A DNA stretch of 64,000 bases, taken from the NCBI RefSeq assembly GCF_001949145.1, contig NW_019091360.1:1-64000 (forward strand), given 5' to 3'. A program made the position numbers and the translations under genes. Positions 50,017-64,000 of the stretch are shown in pieces; position 1 is the stretch's first letter; every line of letters starts with the position of its first letter. The DNA is from Acanthaster planci. Taxonomy: Eukaryota. The notes beneath the pieces were generated by a model. The model was not told where the DNA came from. It made no database searches and saw only the letters and a program-made list of their open reading frames with translations.

Positions 50017-51349
50017 TTAAGGCAGGGTTATGAAGCAGAAGTCACTTTTCCTTTTGGTACAGGCAACAACTTTTCCCCTCAGTAGTGCAACAGGGAAGAA
50101 GAAACTTTTTTTCCTTCTGTATGTTCAAATACTGGATAAGAATGGTGCCTGCAGAAAGTGTAATGTGTATCCGATGACAAATGTTCTAAAATTTATATGA
50201 TGTATTGTGGCATTGTCTCCATTTAACAATTAATTTCTTGGAAAGGATAACTGGCTTATTATAATATCCAGCAATATTATGCCTAATAATGTTACAATTA
50301 TGATAATCACGTGTTCATGTGTTTGATGACACTGAACTTCCTTCTGTGCTGCCCCCCTTGCATTGAGCTGTGGTGCTCCTTGAGCTTTTGGTGCCCACAC
50401 TATGCTAGGTCTTGTTTGATATATAATTGTGACACACAGTTGTGTGATCCTCAAGCAAAATGACCCTGAAAAAGTATAAATTCTGTATCTAATAAACTTT
50501 GGCTAAGGCGTGGAGTCACACAGAACTGGTGTATTTTTTTTTGTTACTTGTCTGCTTATAAAGTTGTGCTGAATAACACTGTCATCACTTAATGGATCAC
50601 TCTGAAAATGTAAAAACTGTAGAACTGTGTACCTGAGACCTGTCTGTGGATTTGAAGTAAAAAAGGTTTTCAAGATAATCACGAGAGAAGGTCTGTTATT
50701 TCAAAGCAGCAAAAAATACTAATTGCAGCAACTTAAGCTGTAAAACCCCTCAAATGATTCTTTGAGAGGTAAACACTGAACCTGGTAATTAGGATGAACA
50801 CAGTGGTTAATTAGCTCAAATCAATTAGTAAAGGCTCATGTTCATTCGTGAACATACGAAATCCATGTGTTCCTTACACTGACCCCCCCCTTTTGTTCAA
50901 TGTACATTTCCATAGGGAAGGGGCACACATTTTCACCAGCACAGCTGTAAATGTGAAACAAATATGCATTTTTTGGGTAAAAACAAAAATCTTAACTGAC
51001 CTACTTTTCAGCCCTTCCAGGCAAGAAGTACTGTACATGTACAAAGGGCAGTCAGATTTTTTTCACGAAAGTGCAAACATTCATGTAATTTTGACATCAT
51101 TGATGTTTTGCTAGTGGAGGCATGTCAAAATGGTCATGTACAAAATTTTCAAACAAAAAAAGTGTACACAATTTAAAATAAAAACAACTGTAATTGTTTA
51201 CATTTCTGCTGCTTTTTAAAAATGGTTACAATGTACATGTATGTTATAGAACATGAAATGCACACTGCTTGTTCATCATAACAATTTGACAGTTGGGCTG
51301 GAGGTGTGGTGCCCTGACAGGTAAATTTTCGGTGAAACTGCAGTTTTGT

Positions 51350-52030
51350 AATTGTGTCTATATACAAGCCCTGCAATTCCATCTGGGATAGTATCTTTTG
51401 TATGTGCTCACAAAGTACAGAAACCTTTTGTGCAGGCATGCAGATCCGGAGTCGGACAGTGTCTATCTCTAACCTAAGGTGTGAAAGGGATTGAGTGGGC
51501 CCTGTTTTTTCCTCTGCTAATGGAATCCCTGGTCTTGGTACATGTATATGTACCTCCATGAATGTGACAAGCAGACACGCACATGTCTCATAAGCAACAA
51601 CAAATCATCCATATAATGTGTATGGGATTTTGCCACCTGAGCCCGAAACTCCAAAATGTACTAACTCAAACAAAAACCCCAAAATAGAACATCCTATGAG
51701 CAAGCACTTACTGAAGTAAAAGTTACCCTCAAACTTGAGACCTAGTAATTCATAATTTACTGGACTAACTCACAAAAGGCGAAAGGCCGACTTAAATCTT
51801 ACTTTGCTAACTAAGCACCAGGTCCCATCTTCATTACTAACTTAACTGCCATACTGAACGGCACATACTGCACAATGCATTTGTCTTTGTCACTGAAATC
51901 CTTCTGGATATTAGAATGATTCTGGGTCAGCCACTGCTGTAAAACATCGGCATTAACTGGTAATGGTGGGTCAAAAATTAAAAACACCAGACAAGCCTGC
52001 CAACCCGGCAGCAGCAGAAGTTGAGGCTGA
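51350..52030 (-). pseudogene. Ngaro-type reverse transcriptase relic
   Basis: CIVQYVPFSMAVKLVMKMGPGA*LAK, GLKFEGNFYFSKCLLIGCSI, GIPLAEEKTGPTQSLSHLRLEIDTV. Confidence 0.75.
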
Positions 52031-52519
52031 CTGAGAATGAATGCTGGGCCATGCAATGGCAGGGGAATGCCCAGTGGGCTTACCCCTAGTGTTGGTACCC
52101 AGTCCTCTGCACTTGGCCCAACCAATTTACAGCTATGCACACTATGGCAAAGAGGTAACCTTCAGGCCTTTTAAACCTAAAGTAAACCTCTTAACCCCGG
52201 ATGCAAGCCTGTGCCCTGACCAATGGCATGTTTGATATATTCTACACTACCTGCGGACGGTAACCCCTGAGACCCCATGGAGGCTGCAGCTACCATTCAT
52301 TCCTTTGTATCTGTTCATCCAACAGCGCATTTAGCACCAATTACAGGACAAAGTTACAATTAAGAAGACAATGAAGAACTGTTCAGTTTTAGAGGTGGGA
52401 GGATGATGATGGAGTCTGCAAAGGGCTGAAAACCCAATCAACATGCTGACCTATTTGGGATTCAAACCTAGGTTGCAGAGGTGGAAGGCGAGGAAAAAGG
52501 AAACTAACTTACCAGGGTG

Positions 52520-55015
52520 TACATTTGAACAATCCGTATTTCACTGTCCGAAGGACAACCGGAAGTTATGGCCATCAATTCAGTGGCCTGATATCTAGGA
52601 GTATCTCTTGGAAACAACCAGCGTTTATACAAAAGAGGCCATATGGGCCTACAAGTCACTTGAAGCTTATAATCATTTCATTTGTGGTAATGTACTACCA
52701 TTGTAAGTTATGAAAACAGAGAGTGGTGTGTGCTTTGTGCGGGGAAAAGTTCTTCTGAGTCAAAGACAAGGCGACTGTGCTACTCTGTATTATGCTTGGA
52801 TTTGTGGCAAAGTAGGACAAAATATTTCTTCAGCAGTAAAAGCAAATCGCAGTTGTATATCTGGGTAGGTAATTTCATTTTCTTGAAGTAGCATTCATGT
52901 ATTTGTCTCGTGACTTGGTACAAATTAATGCTGACTATGTGCACCAAGTGGTTGTTGATGTTGTCAATGTCACATGAACAAATTTTGTTTTTGGTGTTTA
53001 TCTTTTTGTCTTGTAGGTAATGTGCCGTCTGGACTATTTTATTCACAAGCATGTTGACAGTTGTTGCGACCTTGTGAGACTACTCATGCTTCTTGGCCTA
53101 CATGGGCAATCACATGACCCAGACATGCCAGAGCTAGATTCAACATTGAAATTGTTTATTGATTGTCAGGTTGGGATGTGCATGTAGTCATGTGGCAGCC
53201 CTCCTTTTCAAACTGGGGGCCAGTGTAAGATGTGGGATAAAGGAAGTTGCATCCATGAGTGAAGAAAAGTAAGTGGAATCTGGTCTCCAAATCAAAGGGG
53301 TGAATGGTCTTCAGATCAGATTCCAATCGAATGGATGGAAATGTTATTTTTATGGCAAAACAATATTGCTAAGCTGACAAGGAAACATGCCCAGAATATG
53401 CCCTTTGCCATGATCAGCAACTTTAACTCAGGTGTTTGTCATTCTGTCTCAGTTTTCTTCCTTTGTAACTTTTATTTGTAACACCCACTGCATTTTCACC
53501 GAGAATTTTCAAAAGAATAAAAAAGCTTCCTTTACTAGAACTTAAACCCTAAAACCCCTGCGCACTGTGCAGATGTCTAATATACGGGTGCACTGCAGAT
53601 GTGTACATGTGAGTAGGACTTATATAGTATTATAAATATTTCCCAGGAAGGGCAACCAAAAACAAGGACATCTCCCAAATTTAAATTATCTGAAGAAACA
53701 AGCTGTGTTTTTGTTTTTAGCACCAAAATTTAGCTTTGAAAATAATTCATCAGAAAATGGTCACTTACTTTTGGAAGGTCAATGCTTATTGATATTTATT
53801 TGGCCACTAATGTAAACCTGTTTTGCTTGTAATTGAAGATTCAGCTTGCAAGTTTGGCAGAAGTTGGCTTCACACATCATCAGTGAGGAAAGAAGGGGAT
53901 GAAGAAAAACCTGTTGTATGTTCCAGCCAAGAAGGTTGAGATGACTCCCACAATGAAGTAATCTTAGAGTGGCACCATGGATGGCAAGTTCCCTAATAAG
54001 GAAACCTTTATCGGTCAAACTATCATCTCCATACTCAACAGAATTTTAAAAACCAGAGCGAACTTTTATATCTTTGTCAGAAATTCTTCCACCACATCCT
54101 TTTGAAATGAAACTGATGGCTCCAGCTGGTATTATAGAAACAAGGTACTATTATGTTTATAAGTAGACCATGGTTTGTTGTATGCTGTCCTCTGCTACCA
54201 CTTCTACTGGTCTACCAAGAGAGGAAGGAACACACATGATGCCCCTCCTTGACAGTTGCAGATTGACAGCTCGAAAGTATTTTTCTTTGGCATGCCCACT
54301 ATCCTTTCTGGTTTTCTTCATCCCCTTTCTTTCCAAAGATGGATGGAATGTAGTCCGAGTCATCTTTCCACTTAAATTAAAAATTAACATGCCAAAAAAG
54401 AAACCATGTTTGAATCAATTTTATAAATATAAATATTCTATATTTAAAGCATTTTTCCTAAATTACAGTAAATGGCATCTTCCTTTTTAGGCCCTCAATT
54501 TTACCCCTCTTTTGAAATCAAAATGACCAATAAGCCTATGGAACTTTGTATAAACCTGTTCACAGAAGTCGCAGCACATTATGGACATTTTGTTGTGTAT
54601 GTTGAGGCACAGAGCTAGGAACACAGCCCTTAATTATTGTTGAAGTTTTGGAGGTAGCCTGATTTCATATGTATTTTAGGCCAAAATTTGTCCATTCTGT
54701 AGTGGTGCCTAATTTCTGGGCAGCTACTATTTATTTGAAATTTAACCTTAACAATACACAATAGGCCTACCTTGCTCAGATTTTGACGTCTTACTAGCTT
54801 AACACCCCCTCAAAAAAAAAAAAGGGCAAGATTTTAGAATCATATGACTTTGGAACTATAAACATGAAAAACGTTTTTGGCCTAACCCGAAATGAAGTGT
54901 GCACTGCAAATTCTGATACTGCTGGGCTTGGGTTCCAATTGCTTCTTCCAATTTTTTGAAACCACAATTCTTGTCACAACACATCTACTGGATAAAATCT
55001 GACTTATGGATGCGG
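52520..55015. mobile_element. ISL2EU-like DNA transposon relic: plus-strand SWIM-type accessory gene converging on a minus-strand THAP + DDE_Tnp_4 transposase
   Basis: Plus strand: WPSIQWPDI*EYL...AYKSLEAYNHF (52548-52695) and CACSHVAALLFK (53170-53215). Minus strand: THAP W...IGRSNWNP..RICSAHFISG (~54885-54975), DYIPSIF (~54330), and GAISFISKGCGGRISDK...LTDKGF (~53990-54146). Confidence 0.8.
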
Positions 55016-55019
55016 TGTC

Positions 55020-58000
55020 ACTTTGCAGAACATCCCTCAAGTTGCAGGAGGTAGAGGGAGACTTCCAGCATGCAGTTTTGCAGATGTCTGAAATGGAAAC
55101 AGCTCAAGAGGAAGACCAAGATACAAATACTGCTATTTTATCATGAACCCCGAGGCAGTGTTGACTATGCTCATCAGAACTTAATGGCCAGCCTGGATTA
55201 GCAAATCTAATGGCGAAGCAGGCAAAAATGACTGACGCCGCTGGACGGTATGATCTCATGATAATGAGGAGTGTCAGGTTTATCGTCCCTTTCATGCTAC
55301 TGTTTTAGTCAGGTACCTTCTTAGGACTTGAAGAAGGCACCAAAGTTTATCAGCATTGTCTCCAGTATGTAAAGAGATGGAGATTCCCAAGATTTCAGAA
55401 GGATCAGGTGAGGAAGCGTGATCCTTCATCAGGGAACCAATCGTAGGAATGAGGAGAACACCACACGGCTCCCAATGTAGAGGGCCTTTGACAATGGGGA
55501 AAGCCTGTTGTTTGCTGTCTCCTCTGGAGGTAACCATTGTCAGGAGAAAGGTCAACCTGATGCTGATGTGCATAAGGCAGGCATCATTTTGGTTTCAAGG
55601 GAAGGACCGGAAAGCATCTAAAGAACCTAGCTTAGGTCTTATGGCCAGGTCAATTTCCCGACAAAGGGACACTGGATGAACGTATCATGCAAAGGTGATG
55701 GAATGTCATGCTGTTAAAGGCGGTTGAACTGACTTGGAAACCAACATGTATGGCAGCTAGGGCTGACCTGCAGATTAGAGTTGCAGATACTTGTAGCTCT
55801 GAATAAAAGAAGTGCATAAGAAAGTCTGTGACAACACTCATAGGAGCATTAGCTGGAGCCAAACTCCGATTGTTGAAGCACATGACAAAATGCTAAAAAC
55901 TGCTGTCACAAATTCATAAGGTGGGCAGATGATATCCCATGCGACTATGCCTGTAGCATTTCTAGACAGTCCCGGTGAACAGAAAGACTGTTTGAAGCTC
56001 AGCATTTACTCAGAGAAGCAAAGAGATCAATGTAAGGAAGCTCTTTCATCCCAAGGAGAGTGCATCTGCCACTAGGTTATCCGACCCTGCCATGTGGATC
56101 GTTTGCAGGTCAACTGCGTGACTCCCTGTCTTTTCCGTTGATGTGGCTTTGGTTGGCAGTGTGAAAGAAGAATCAAGAAAGCCACAAGACTTAATCAAGA
56201 ATGGAGATGACATTATTCAGAGCCCCTAGCATGACTGTAGTGAGGTCTGGACGGAAAGGAGATTTATCCACATTGCAGGAATTTACCTCAATAAATAAGG
56301 AAAGAAATGAAATAGGTCAGAGACCAAGTTAAAGACTTCATGTAACCTCGATAAAGTTGGTGTCAGTCTTTATCGAGTAAGGCTTACAGAAGTAAGTGGT
56401 CTTTAGTGGCAATGTATAAAACCAGAATATGCGAGGAGGGTGTTGAAGACATTTATGTCAAATTGAAGGTAAGCCGTGTCCTGTATCCAGTGTGATCCCC
56501 GCCGCCCTAACTTCGACAGAAGACTTTGACCATTTTCACGTATGCATGAAAAATAAATGGCCGGAGTAGAGGAGTCAGGCCGCATGACATTTGTGACATG
56601 AATAACTCAAGGAGCGTCCACAGGAGCTCACTCTGAGAAGAAAACTCATTGTAGTACAGTAAAATCTCGATAAGTCAAAGCCTGTTAAGTCGAAACTCCC
56701 TTGACGTCTTTCTGTATTCCCGACAAAAGAATAGGCCTTTATGTACAATAAACTATCTGTAACAAAATGGGCTTTCAGAGCTACGGCTAGGTCTTTTGTC
56801 TGCCCGTCTCCATGCATTTCCAACGGAGTGAATACCAAGACCTAGCTCTAGACAAGAGATTTGGATGCGGCCTAAATCAGGCACGAATGATGCACCCTCA
56901 AGTGCTTTGTACATGTATCAAATGACCCAGCACGGAAACCCCGACTGACCGGCCAGCGTGCTGCGTTATGCAATAACAGCCCAATCAAGCAAAGCAAATG
57001 AATGAATTTTCAAGACGTAGACACAGGTACTGGTACATAACTTCATTGGTTTATTGTTTATTAATGTACCACATGAAAACATGTTTAATGATGATGTTTG
57101 AGGAAATCTTGCACAGTGAGGATAGCCTAAAATCCACTTCATGTTTGACTCAGCTTGCAGGCCAACTGCGGTAAGCCAGTAAGGTTGCATGTGCACTGAA
57201 GCATGTAGCTTTCCATAACTCGAACGTCGGATAACGTGAACTCTTCGTCCATTCCCCTGAGCTTTGACTTATTGAGATTTTACTGTATACATTAAACCTG
57301 ACTGTAGGAAATTGCTAATAATTTCTGCTTACAGAAAATCTCCACAGACAACAAACACTTTGATGTCCGAAATTGTGCTAAGAATTAACAACTGAAAGCA
57401 TGTATTTCAGAAACAGACAGGGTCTGACAGAATATCCCTCTTCATTTCAATCACTGAAAGGGAGGAGTGTTAGGGGAAGAGAAGGCCTGGGACACCATCA
57501 TACTGAAATGGTTGGCTCACAGCAGGCCTACTTCTGATGGACCTCACGGCAGTCACAGTGAACAGATTTTGTACACACTTTGAAGTCCGCACTTGGACAA
57601 GCGTGCGGTATAGCGAGGCCACACGACAGAGTCTGTGGTCACATGAAGTCATGTAAATGGGGGCCACAGAATGGTTGTTCTGCAAATCACAGCGTTGTAC
57701 TGGTGAGCCGTAGTAGAAATAGATTCACAAAACTTTTTCCAGAGGGCCCCTTTGGGGAAACTCCAGATGAGGTGCTAAGGGGCATGTGAAAACCCAAACG
57801 GCTTGAAGATTGTTCGGTTCAGATGCCCAGGGATGCAGACTGGAGAGACACAGTGGTAGGTCTATAACATGATGGTGAATTCACCGGGGTTGAGCTAAAA
57901 AAGATAGGAAGACTGCCTGGGAAATGCTATTTGCTCATTCTTGTCTGGGTGCCCGGTGACGGTGACGAATGCAGGTAGGTTTAGGCCCATAATAGTCATT

Positions 58001-60200
58001 AGAAGTCACCAGGTAAGGCGTGGACTCACTTCCAGGTGGCCTCATTATGCCTACCAATGGCACCAAGAGTCATCCCAGAAGGCTGTGATAGAGACTTAGG
58101 ATTGGGTCCACATACAGATGGCGTATTCACCAAGGCAGCGATCCGGGAAGTTGGTCCGGAAAGTGCTATTGTCTCGATTACGTGTGGATGCCCACACCAT
58201 AGATATGTAGGAAGCTAGGTGGCATCTGCATGTAACCGCCACTTGGATAAGTGGGGCTGTGGCTCATGTTCATCTGAGAAGGGAGGCCGATGGATTATGG
58301 CAATACATGTATAATCAAAGACAGATAAGATGAGAAGTTATGATGCAATGTCATGTTTATGACTGGGAAATTTTGTTTGTTTTTGTAAAGTTCCACGGAC
58401 CTTGTTATAACAGTGTTCTACCATTGTTGCCTCAGAGACAATCTTCCGGAAGGAGCTAGATAAAGGGAAGGCAACAAGGAGGCGCACAGTGTACATTGCC
58501 TTGCATCATATATAATGGGTCTGCTCTGGATTACAAGAAGGGAGCGGTCTGGGAGCCCTGTAATAAGAGTATCTGAAGACGTGGGGCGGTGGGTTAACTG
58601 GTACGGGTGTGGTCGGTGTCTTCCTCTGGAAGGGAACCTGACGGAGGACCGAGAATCTGGAATATGTCATAGGGGTGAGGACGCCATTGAAATCGATGTC
58701 ATCTTCTAACAAAAACACAGTCACCTGCTTGGACTGAAGTAAGGCCGTGCTAATAAGAGCAAAGGGTGCCCCGTAGATTGGTGGGTGGTTAGGCTGGAGA
58801 TGACTCGGATGCGTGCCAAGTTCTGGCTAGAGACAAGAATATCTCCACACATGAATGATCAAGCGGGAGTTTGGGAAAAATTTACTTGGAAGATTCCAGT
58901 CATGCTGTGTCATTTAAACATGCCATGACTGATGTCCTCCTCTGGTGAAATGGCTGATGGCAGGCCGAACACTTGAATCATGTCTTGCTGAAAAAGATGG
59001 AGGTGGTACACAGACGAAGTGAGGGCACTGATAGACTCAATTTTGACCGCCTCGGAAGACAATACTGGTTGCCTGGTTGGGGACAGGGCAATGCCTTGTT
59101 CCAAGCCATGTTCGGGAAAATGCCCGGTGGGTGCAATTTTGGTGTCGAACCCTGCCCAGTGTCATCATGGCTCCCAGCTGAAGGGGCTAGTCTGCCAGGA
59201 ATGGGTCCAAGGCGGTGGAGGCCGATGTCAGTCTAGGTGGCGAGCGATGGTGGTCAGAACTTTATTAATGGACTGGAAAGCTGACTTCCACGCTGCAGAG
59301 GTATGTTCGTGGTGGTCAAGGCGGTGCTTTGTTGAGGGTTTCAAGGAATTTGATGAAGAAGGGGAGGGTTTGCACTTCCCAGTGGCAGGGGACCCAGCGG
59401 CAGAGGTACCAGACCGGGCCGTGGGAGGCGGAACGCCCAGGGCACATTCCCGGTTGAGGTCAGCAGGAACTGCATAATTCCAGGCAGAGGAATTGGGAGA
59501 AATGAGGTCCGATGACCTGATGATGCCCAATTCAAAGCCAGAGCCGCTGATGGGCTAAGGCGGCTTGAAGTCCCGGTGGTGTTAAAACCCAGTAGGCTCC
59601 CTGGGACCCAAAGAGGAATTTGCAGCTGCGGGGGTGTCGTGGCTCAGTGGTGCACCATGCTGGGGTCCCCTGGCACTTGCGGGGAGCCCAGTCCGGTGAC
59701 TTTGGTATCTGGGTGAGAGGGAGTATGCGCAAAGGTCTGCAGGAGAAATGGTCTTGGCCATTGTCGACCGGCGGGTGGTAGTCTTTGGCACACTGGGGGA
59801 ATGCTGGCTGGAACACAGCATGGATTCCTCTGGGCCATGTCGGGCAAAGGGTGTGGTGTACTTCACAATGATGGTAGGACAGGCCTAGGAGACATCTGGG
59901 GTACTCGCTCTGGAGTCCCGGCTAGCTTGCCAGCCCAGCAATTGACTAAGGAGACAGAGTCCCTGATCGGGTTTTCCACAGTCGACCACAGAGCTTCCCT
60001 ATCAGCTCTGTGGGGCCGAACAAACTAGGAGCCTGGCCAGATCCTGGCTGGAACCCCTGGATGAGGGCATGGCCTTTTCCTTCAATGACAGATTCTGACG
60101 AGCTGGAACGAACCTCGTTTTACTGATGGTAAACAACGTGCAGGGCGCATAATAAAAAAGAAGAAGAAAAGAACACAAAATATACACCACAGAAACACTT
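55020..60200 (-). mobile_element. Third DIRS-type element, heavily deleted relic
   Basis: YR ISDICKTACWKSPST, DNADKLWCLLQVLRRYLTKT, VTDFLMHFFYSELQVSAT...SALAAIH; RNase H HMAGSDNLVADALS; GC-rich gag-like region at 57.5-60.1 kb (weaker support). Confidence 0.7.
56657..57285. mobile_element. Tc1/mariner-pogo-type MITE
   Basis: TA|CAGTAAAATCTCGATAAGTCAAAG ... CTTTGACTTATTGAGATTTTACTG|TA. Confidence 0.88.
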
Positions 60201-63200
60201 TTACCATGCGTAGTGTGAATATTAAGGTAAAACTTTATTAGAGAAGGATGGATGATCAAATCGACACTTCCAACTTGTTTGTAGATCAGGCATGACTTCT
60301 GGGAGTGGGTGGGGTGTGGTTGACACTGATTCAGGCAGGGCTGCGAGGCAGAGGGGTGTGCAGACAGAGGGCATGAGGCTGCAGCTCACATGGCACTGGC
60401 ATTATCTGACGCATGTACTTCTTTGATGAGTAAGACCTGGGCCTGACACAATTCTGTTTTTTCTTAACGCTCCTCTGCTAAATTTTGCAAACCGGCATGA
60501 ATCAGTCACAGCAATGTCAGAACAATGAAGTTCTCTAAGGTGGGGGGAAAAGTTCCTGAATTTCTGACACTGGTTTGCCATGATGGGAAATTCCACTGTC
60601 TGAGTGGAGTAAATTGTCCTCGACAAAGGCCCCAAGGCATAGGTACAGGTCTTTGGGCTGTTCAACTGGGCGGAGATGGATGTCAGAGAAGTCAATGAAG
60701 TGGGCACCAATTGACTGGAAAACATAATGTCAGTGTATGGTTTGCCAAATGGACTAAACAGCAGTAGAATTTTTGATTATTGTGTCGCGGGATATCACTG
60801 GCAATAGTTTGCTGTTTGCCCTAGCATCAGCTCAAAGTTTGATGGGTCTAGTGAGAGGGTGTATTGTAAGGGGAGAATTCCTTTTCTAATCGGCTGTAAC
60901 TCGAGGTTGACCCCTCAGTACCTCAGGATTTTTTGTGGTACTGCCAAGAGGTACTCTACTATGAGCTCATTATCTTTGAGTGAATGTACACCAAGCTTTG
61001 TGGTCGTGAGAACGTGGACGCTTCATCTGGCTACAAACGAACACACTAGAAATGCTAGATTGTGCCTGAATCTCTTGTTAATTCGCAGTGTCCACGGTGA
61101 CTTCAAATGCCACTGAACTGAAAGGAACTTAAGGAGGAGGAACACTCGAAACACGTACTGGTCTACAGTGTAACCTGTGGGACCTGGACAATTAATGTAC
61201 ATACTGCTTTTGAATGATGGATAATTATTGAGAGTCTTTTTATACTGTTACTTCCTTTTCTTTCCTTGCTCATATTTTCGAATAACTACATGTAGGCATG
61301 TATGTACTTGCCGTTTGGTACAATGAATGCAGATTGACTTGGTCCAGAGACCAAAGTAAGCAGAGCCAATGAGTACCACGATTTTCGGAATATAAGCCGC
61401 AGCTAATACTTTGATTTTCACAATGAAAAATGTCCCTGCCACTCATACACTGGTTGGCTCATATGACAACATTTGAAACATGAAATGTAAATATCCTCCC
61501 GTGCCCTGCCTCCACGCATAACACAGCATAGCCCAAGCTGCGTCGGCCAGCCATGCGATTTGTCTTTCATTGGTTGCCGTGTACATTCGCTCTTCTGACT
61601 TGTTTGATATAAAGGAAACCAGTCCAGAGGGACTAAATAGACTTGTGAATATAACATAAATACCGTTCACACCTCACAAATCGTGTGGTGCGTCTGCTTG
61701 TTTGTCTTTTGAGGTTGTGCAATCCATGCTGTTTATTACCTTCACTAGTCATTTGGTTACTGTTAAATACAAAACGAACTGCTGCATGGCTCACCCAGAA
61801 AGAACACTCACCCAGGCCGCAAAATTGGCAATCTTGAGGGCATGAGAAAGTTTAGGTTCAATTTTAATACTCGTTGGTGGGCTGCTAGTAATAACAATGG
61901 AAGATGTCGTACCTAAAAGTGGCGCAAACCCTACCATTGGGCACTTTGCTTTTTCGCTGCTAATTTTAGTGGATTTTTGAGATTTTTCCTGCCAATTTCA
62001 CAAATGGGGAACTTAATGAAAGTCCAAATATTCTGATTCATAACTCAATGTCATATACATGTACCTGCTACAAAGTTCAGGGGACATTTTATTTTGGCCC
62101 CAGTTTCCGATTTTTTTTTCTGAAGTGCAAAGTGAACTCTTCAAATGCGTCACATGAAGGTGCCACATAATACTCTGGCTCTACATACACTGGCACTTCA
62201 GCAGTGCAGAGCGTGCGATGACTTCGACGTGTCAACACCGCAGTGCGGCTTATACCCTGCAGCTGATATGCCGACTTTAAATTTTAATGTGCACATTTTT
62301 GCTTGGCGTGGCAATACTCTGTGTGGCCTACATTCCGAAAACTACAGAAAACACATAAGAACCTTTTTATTCAACTAGTATCTTTTTATTCTATATCTAT
62401 CCATGCCACACAGTGACAATGAATCGTCTTTCCAATGCTTCTTCTCAACTCGTCATTTCTGTTAATCCAGGAGAATGAAGGAAATAAACATTAAAAACAA
62501 GGACACCAGAAACTGAAGAGAAATGAGTGATATTTGTTGGGAGACACTACAAAAATGTATGTGTATTACATTTTTAAGGCAATTTTGCGTCAAGCACTTT
62601 CCAAATCTTTTTGGGCAATGCCAGCATCTTCTCACAAATCCTTTAATCCCATGTCAGTAGGTTTCACCATCTTCATTCAAAGCCCCAAACCTTTGTTCGC
62701 ATGCGTCAGACCAGGGTAGCACACAATACATATACTATAGGTCACTGGGTCTGATACTCTCCACCAAAAAGTCAATCTCAGTTGTTCTTTTACTGATATC
62801 AATCGTTCAAACAATTCAATGAATCAACAAAAGGAGGAGATATCCAATGTAATGAAAATATCCACAGATATAAGAATTCCAAAACCTACGAGGCTGAGTC
62901 CCCAAAGATAGTGTTTATCAACACTGACAAGTGATACCACTAATCCTTTAATCCTGTAAATTACACCACAAAAGTAGCTTTTTGTTTGAGATGCTTTTCC
63001 CCTTCCAACTCGGCTCTTTTGTTGCAAACAACCATGGAAAATCTGAGCTGGAGTTGACCTGAATATTCATGGTGTATTGCATTTATGTATGGTGTCAAAC
63101 CCCGGGTTACCCCGAAGTTCAACCCTGAGTTACCGCTGGTCACAAAAGGAATTCTTCCCTAAGTTTGTTGACAATTCTGAAAGGTATTTACAGTCTCCAC

Positions 63201-64000
63201 TTTACTCAAGCACCCCTGCTTTGATGCACGGTGTATAGATGCAATGAGGCACTTTGAAATGATCACTGATGTCTCCATCAGTGATCATCAATTGTATTTT
63301 AACAACTGCACAGTCACTTGACCTGTGAATGGCGTACTATGTGCCACTGACAAAAAGTTTGGAGCACCTTTCCTGGTCTTTGATGGCAAACAGTCATTTC
63401 TGGATGCTGCAACCACGCCAGTGAGAGGACAGGGATTCCCTGGACACACAGCCACAATTGTGAAATCGCCTTGTTGGATAAATGACGAAGTTTAATGCAC
63501 AAGGGCAACACATGAAGACTGATACAGAACATTTTCGAAATGAGTGGATTCAGCTTAGACTTTGCTGGTTCTAGCCATTTTGAAGCAGTGTTCTAAACCA
63601 CATGTTCAAGCTCTGACTGGAACCAGCAAAAGTCAAATCTACTGGTTTTGAAAATGCAGCAAAACAAAGACTGAGGGTCAGATGTCACCAACTCCAGAGG
63701 GAGCAATTACTACTACTGACGATCAGTGTTGTAAACCAAGTCATTTTTTTCCAAGTCAAATTTTAGCAAGTTAAGTCAAGTCTTGAGTCAATTTTTCTAA
63801 ATAATGTACATCAGAACTAAAGTTATACCCGTTTGTAATTTCTTTGTTTTGTTCAGTACTTTATTGGTGGTATCTTTCACTCTTCAAGCTGACCGCCCTT
63901 AAATGATAATGACATGGCTTGCCTGTCTTAGTGTTTGTTTGTTGGTTGAACATGCACAATATTCACAATTTTTGAACCCAAAAATCACCACTTTCGGAGA

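Noticed and set aside
62530..63540. Possible decayed plus-strand coding relic (e.g. LKHPCFDARCIDAMRHFE...FGAPFLVFDG)
   Set aside because: Many stops and frameshifts and no family recognised; needs BLASTX.
48530..64000. Further upstream CFAP65 exons
   Set aside because: None recognised by eye; small exons could have been missed.

Overview
Repeat-rich, gapped eukaryotic (animal, probably marine invertebrate) genomic DNA, not prokaryotic. The host gene is the 3' end of a CFAP65/CCDC108-like gene on the minus strand: four coding exons (48240-48529, 42436-42558, 31045-31446, 20558-20777) joined by 5.7-11 kb introns. Most of the rest is mobile DNA: (i) a Penelope-like fragment with a minimal hammerhead ribozyme (~1.1-1.7 kb); (ii) a decayed Mag-type Ty3/Gypsy element with ~140-bp LTRs, a tRNA-Leu PBS and a PPT (6712-12140); (iii) five tyrosine-recombinase retroelements, namely a near-complete DIRS with ITRs and an ICR inserted into the methyltransferase domain of an older DIRS, a third DIRS relic, a Ngaro element with an SGNH hydrolase, and a Ngaro RT relic; (iv) an ISL2EU-like relic; (v) many MITEs. 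The most striking unexplained signal is an array of nine conserved bulged hairpins (core GCGG-MTTACGCTTCGA-CCG) in the 3' non-coding part of the Ngaro element (41276-41768). Their outer stems covary and tolerate G.U pairs, and the spacers between them are variable. Family assignments come from motif recognition by eye; no searches were run.
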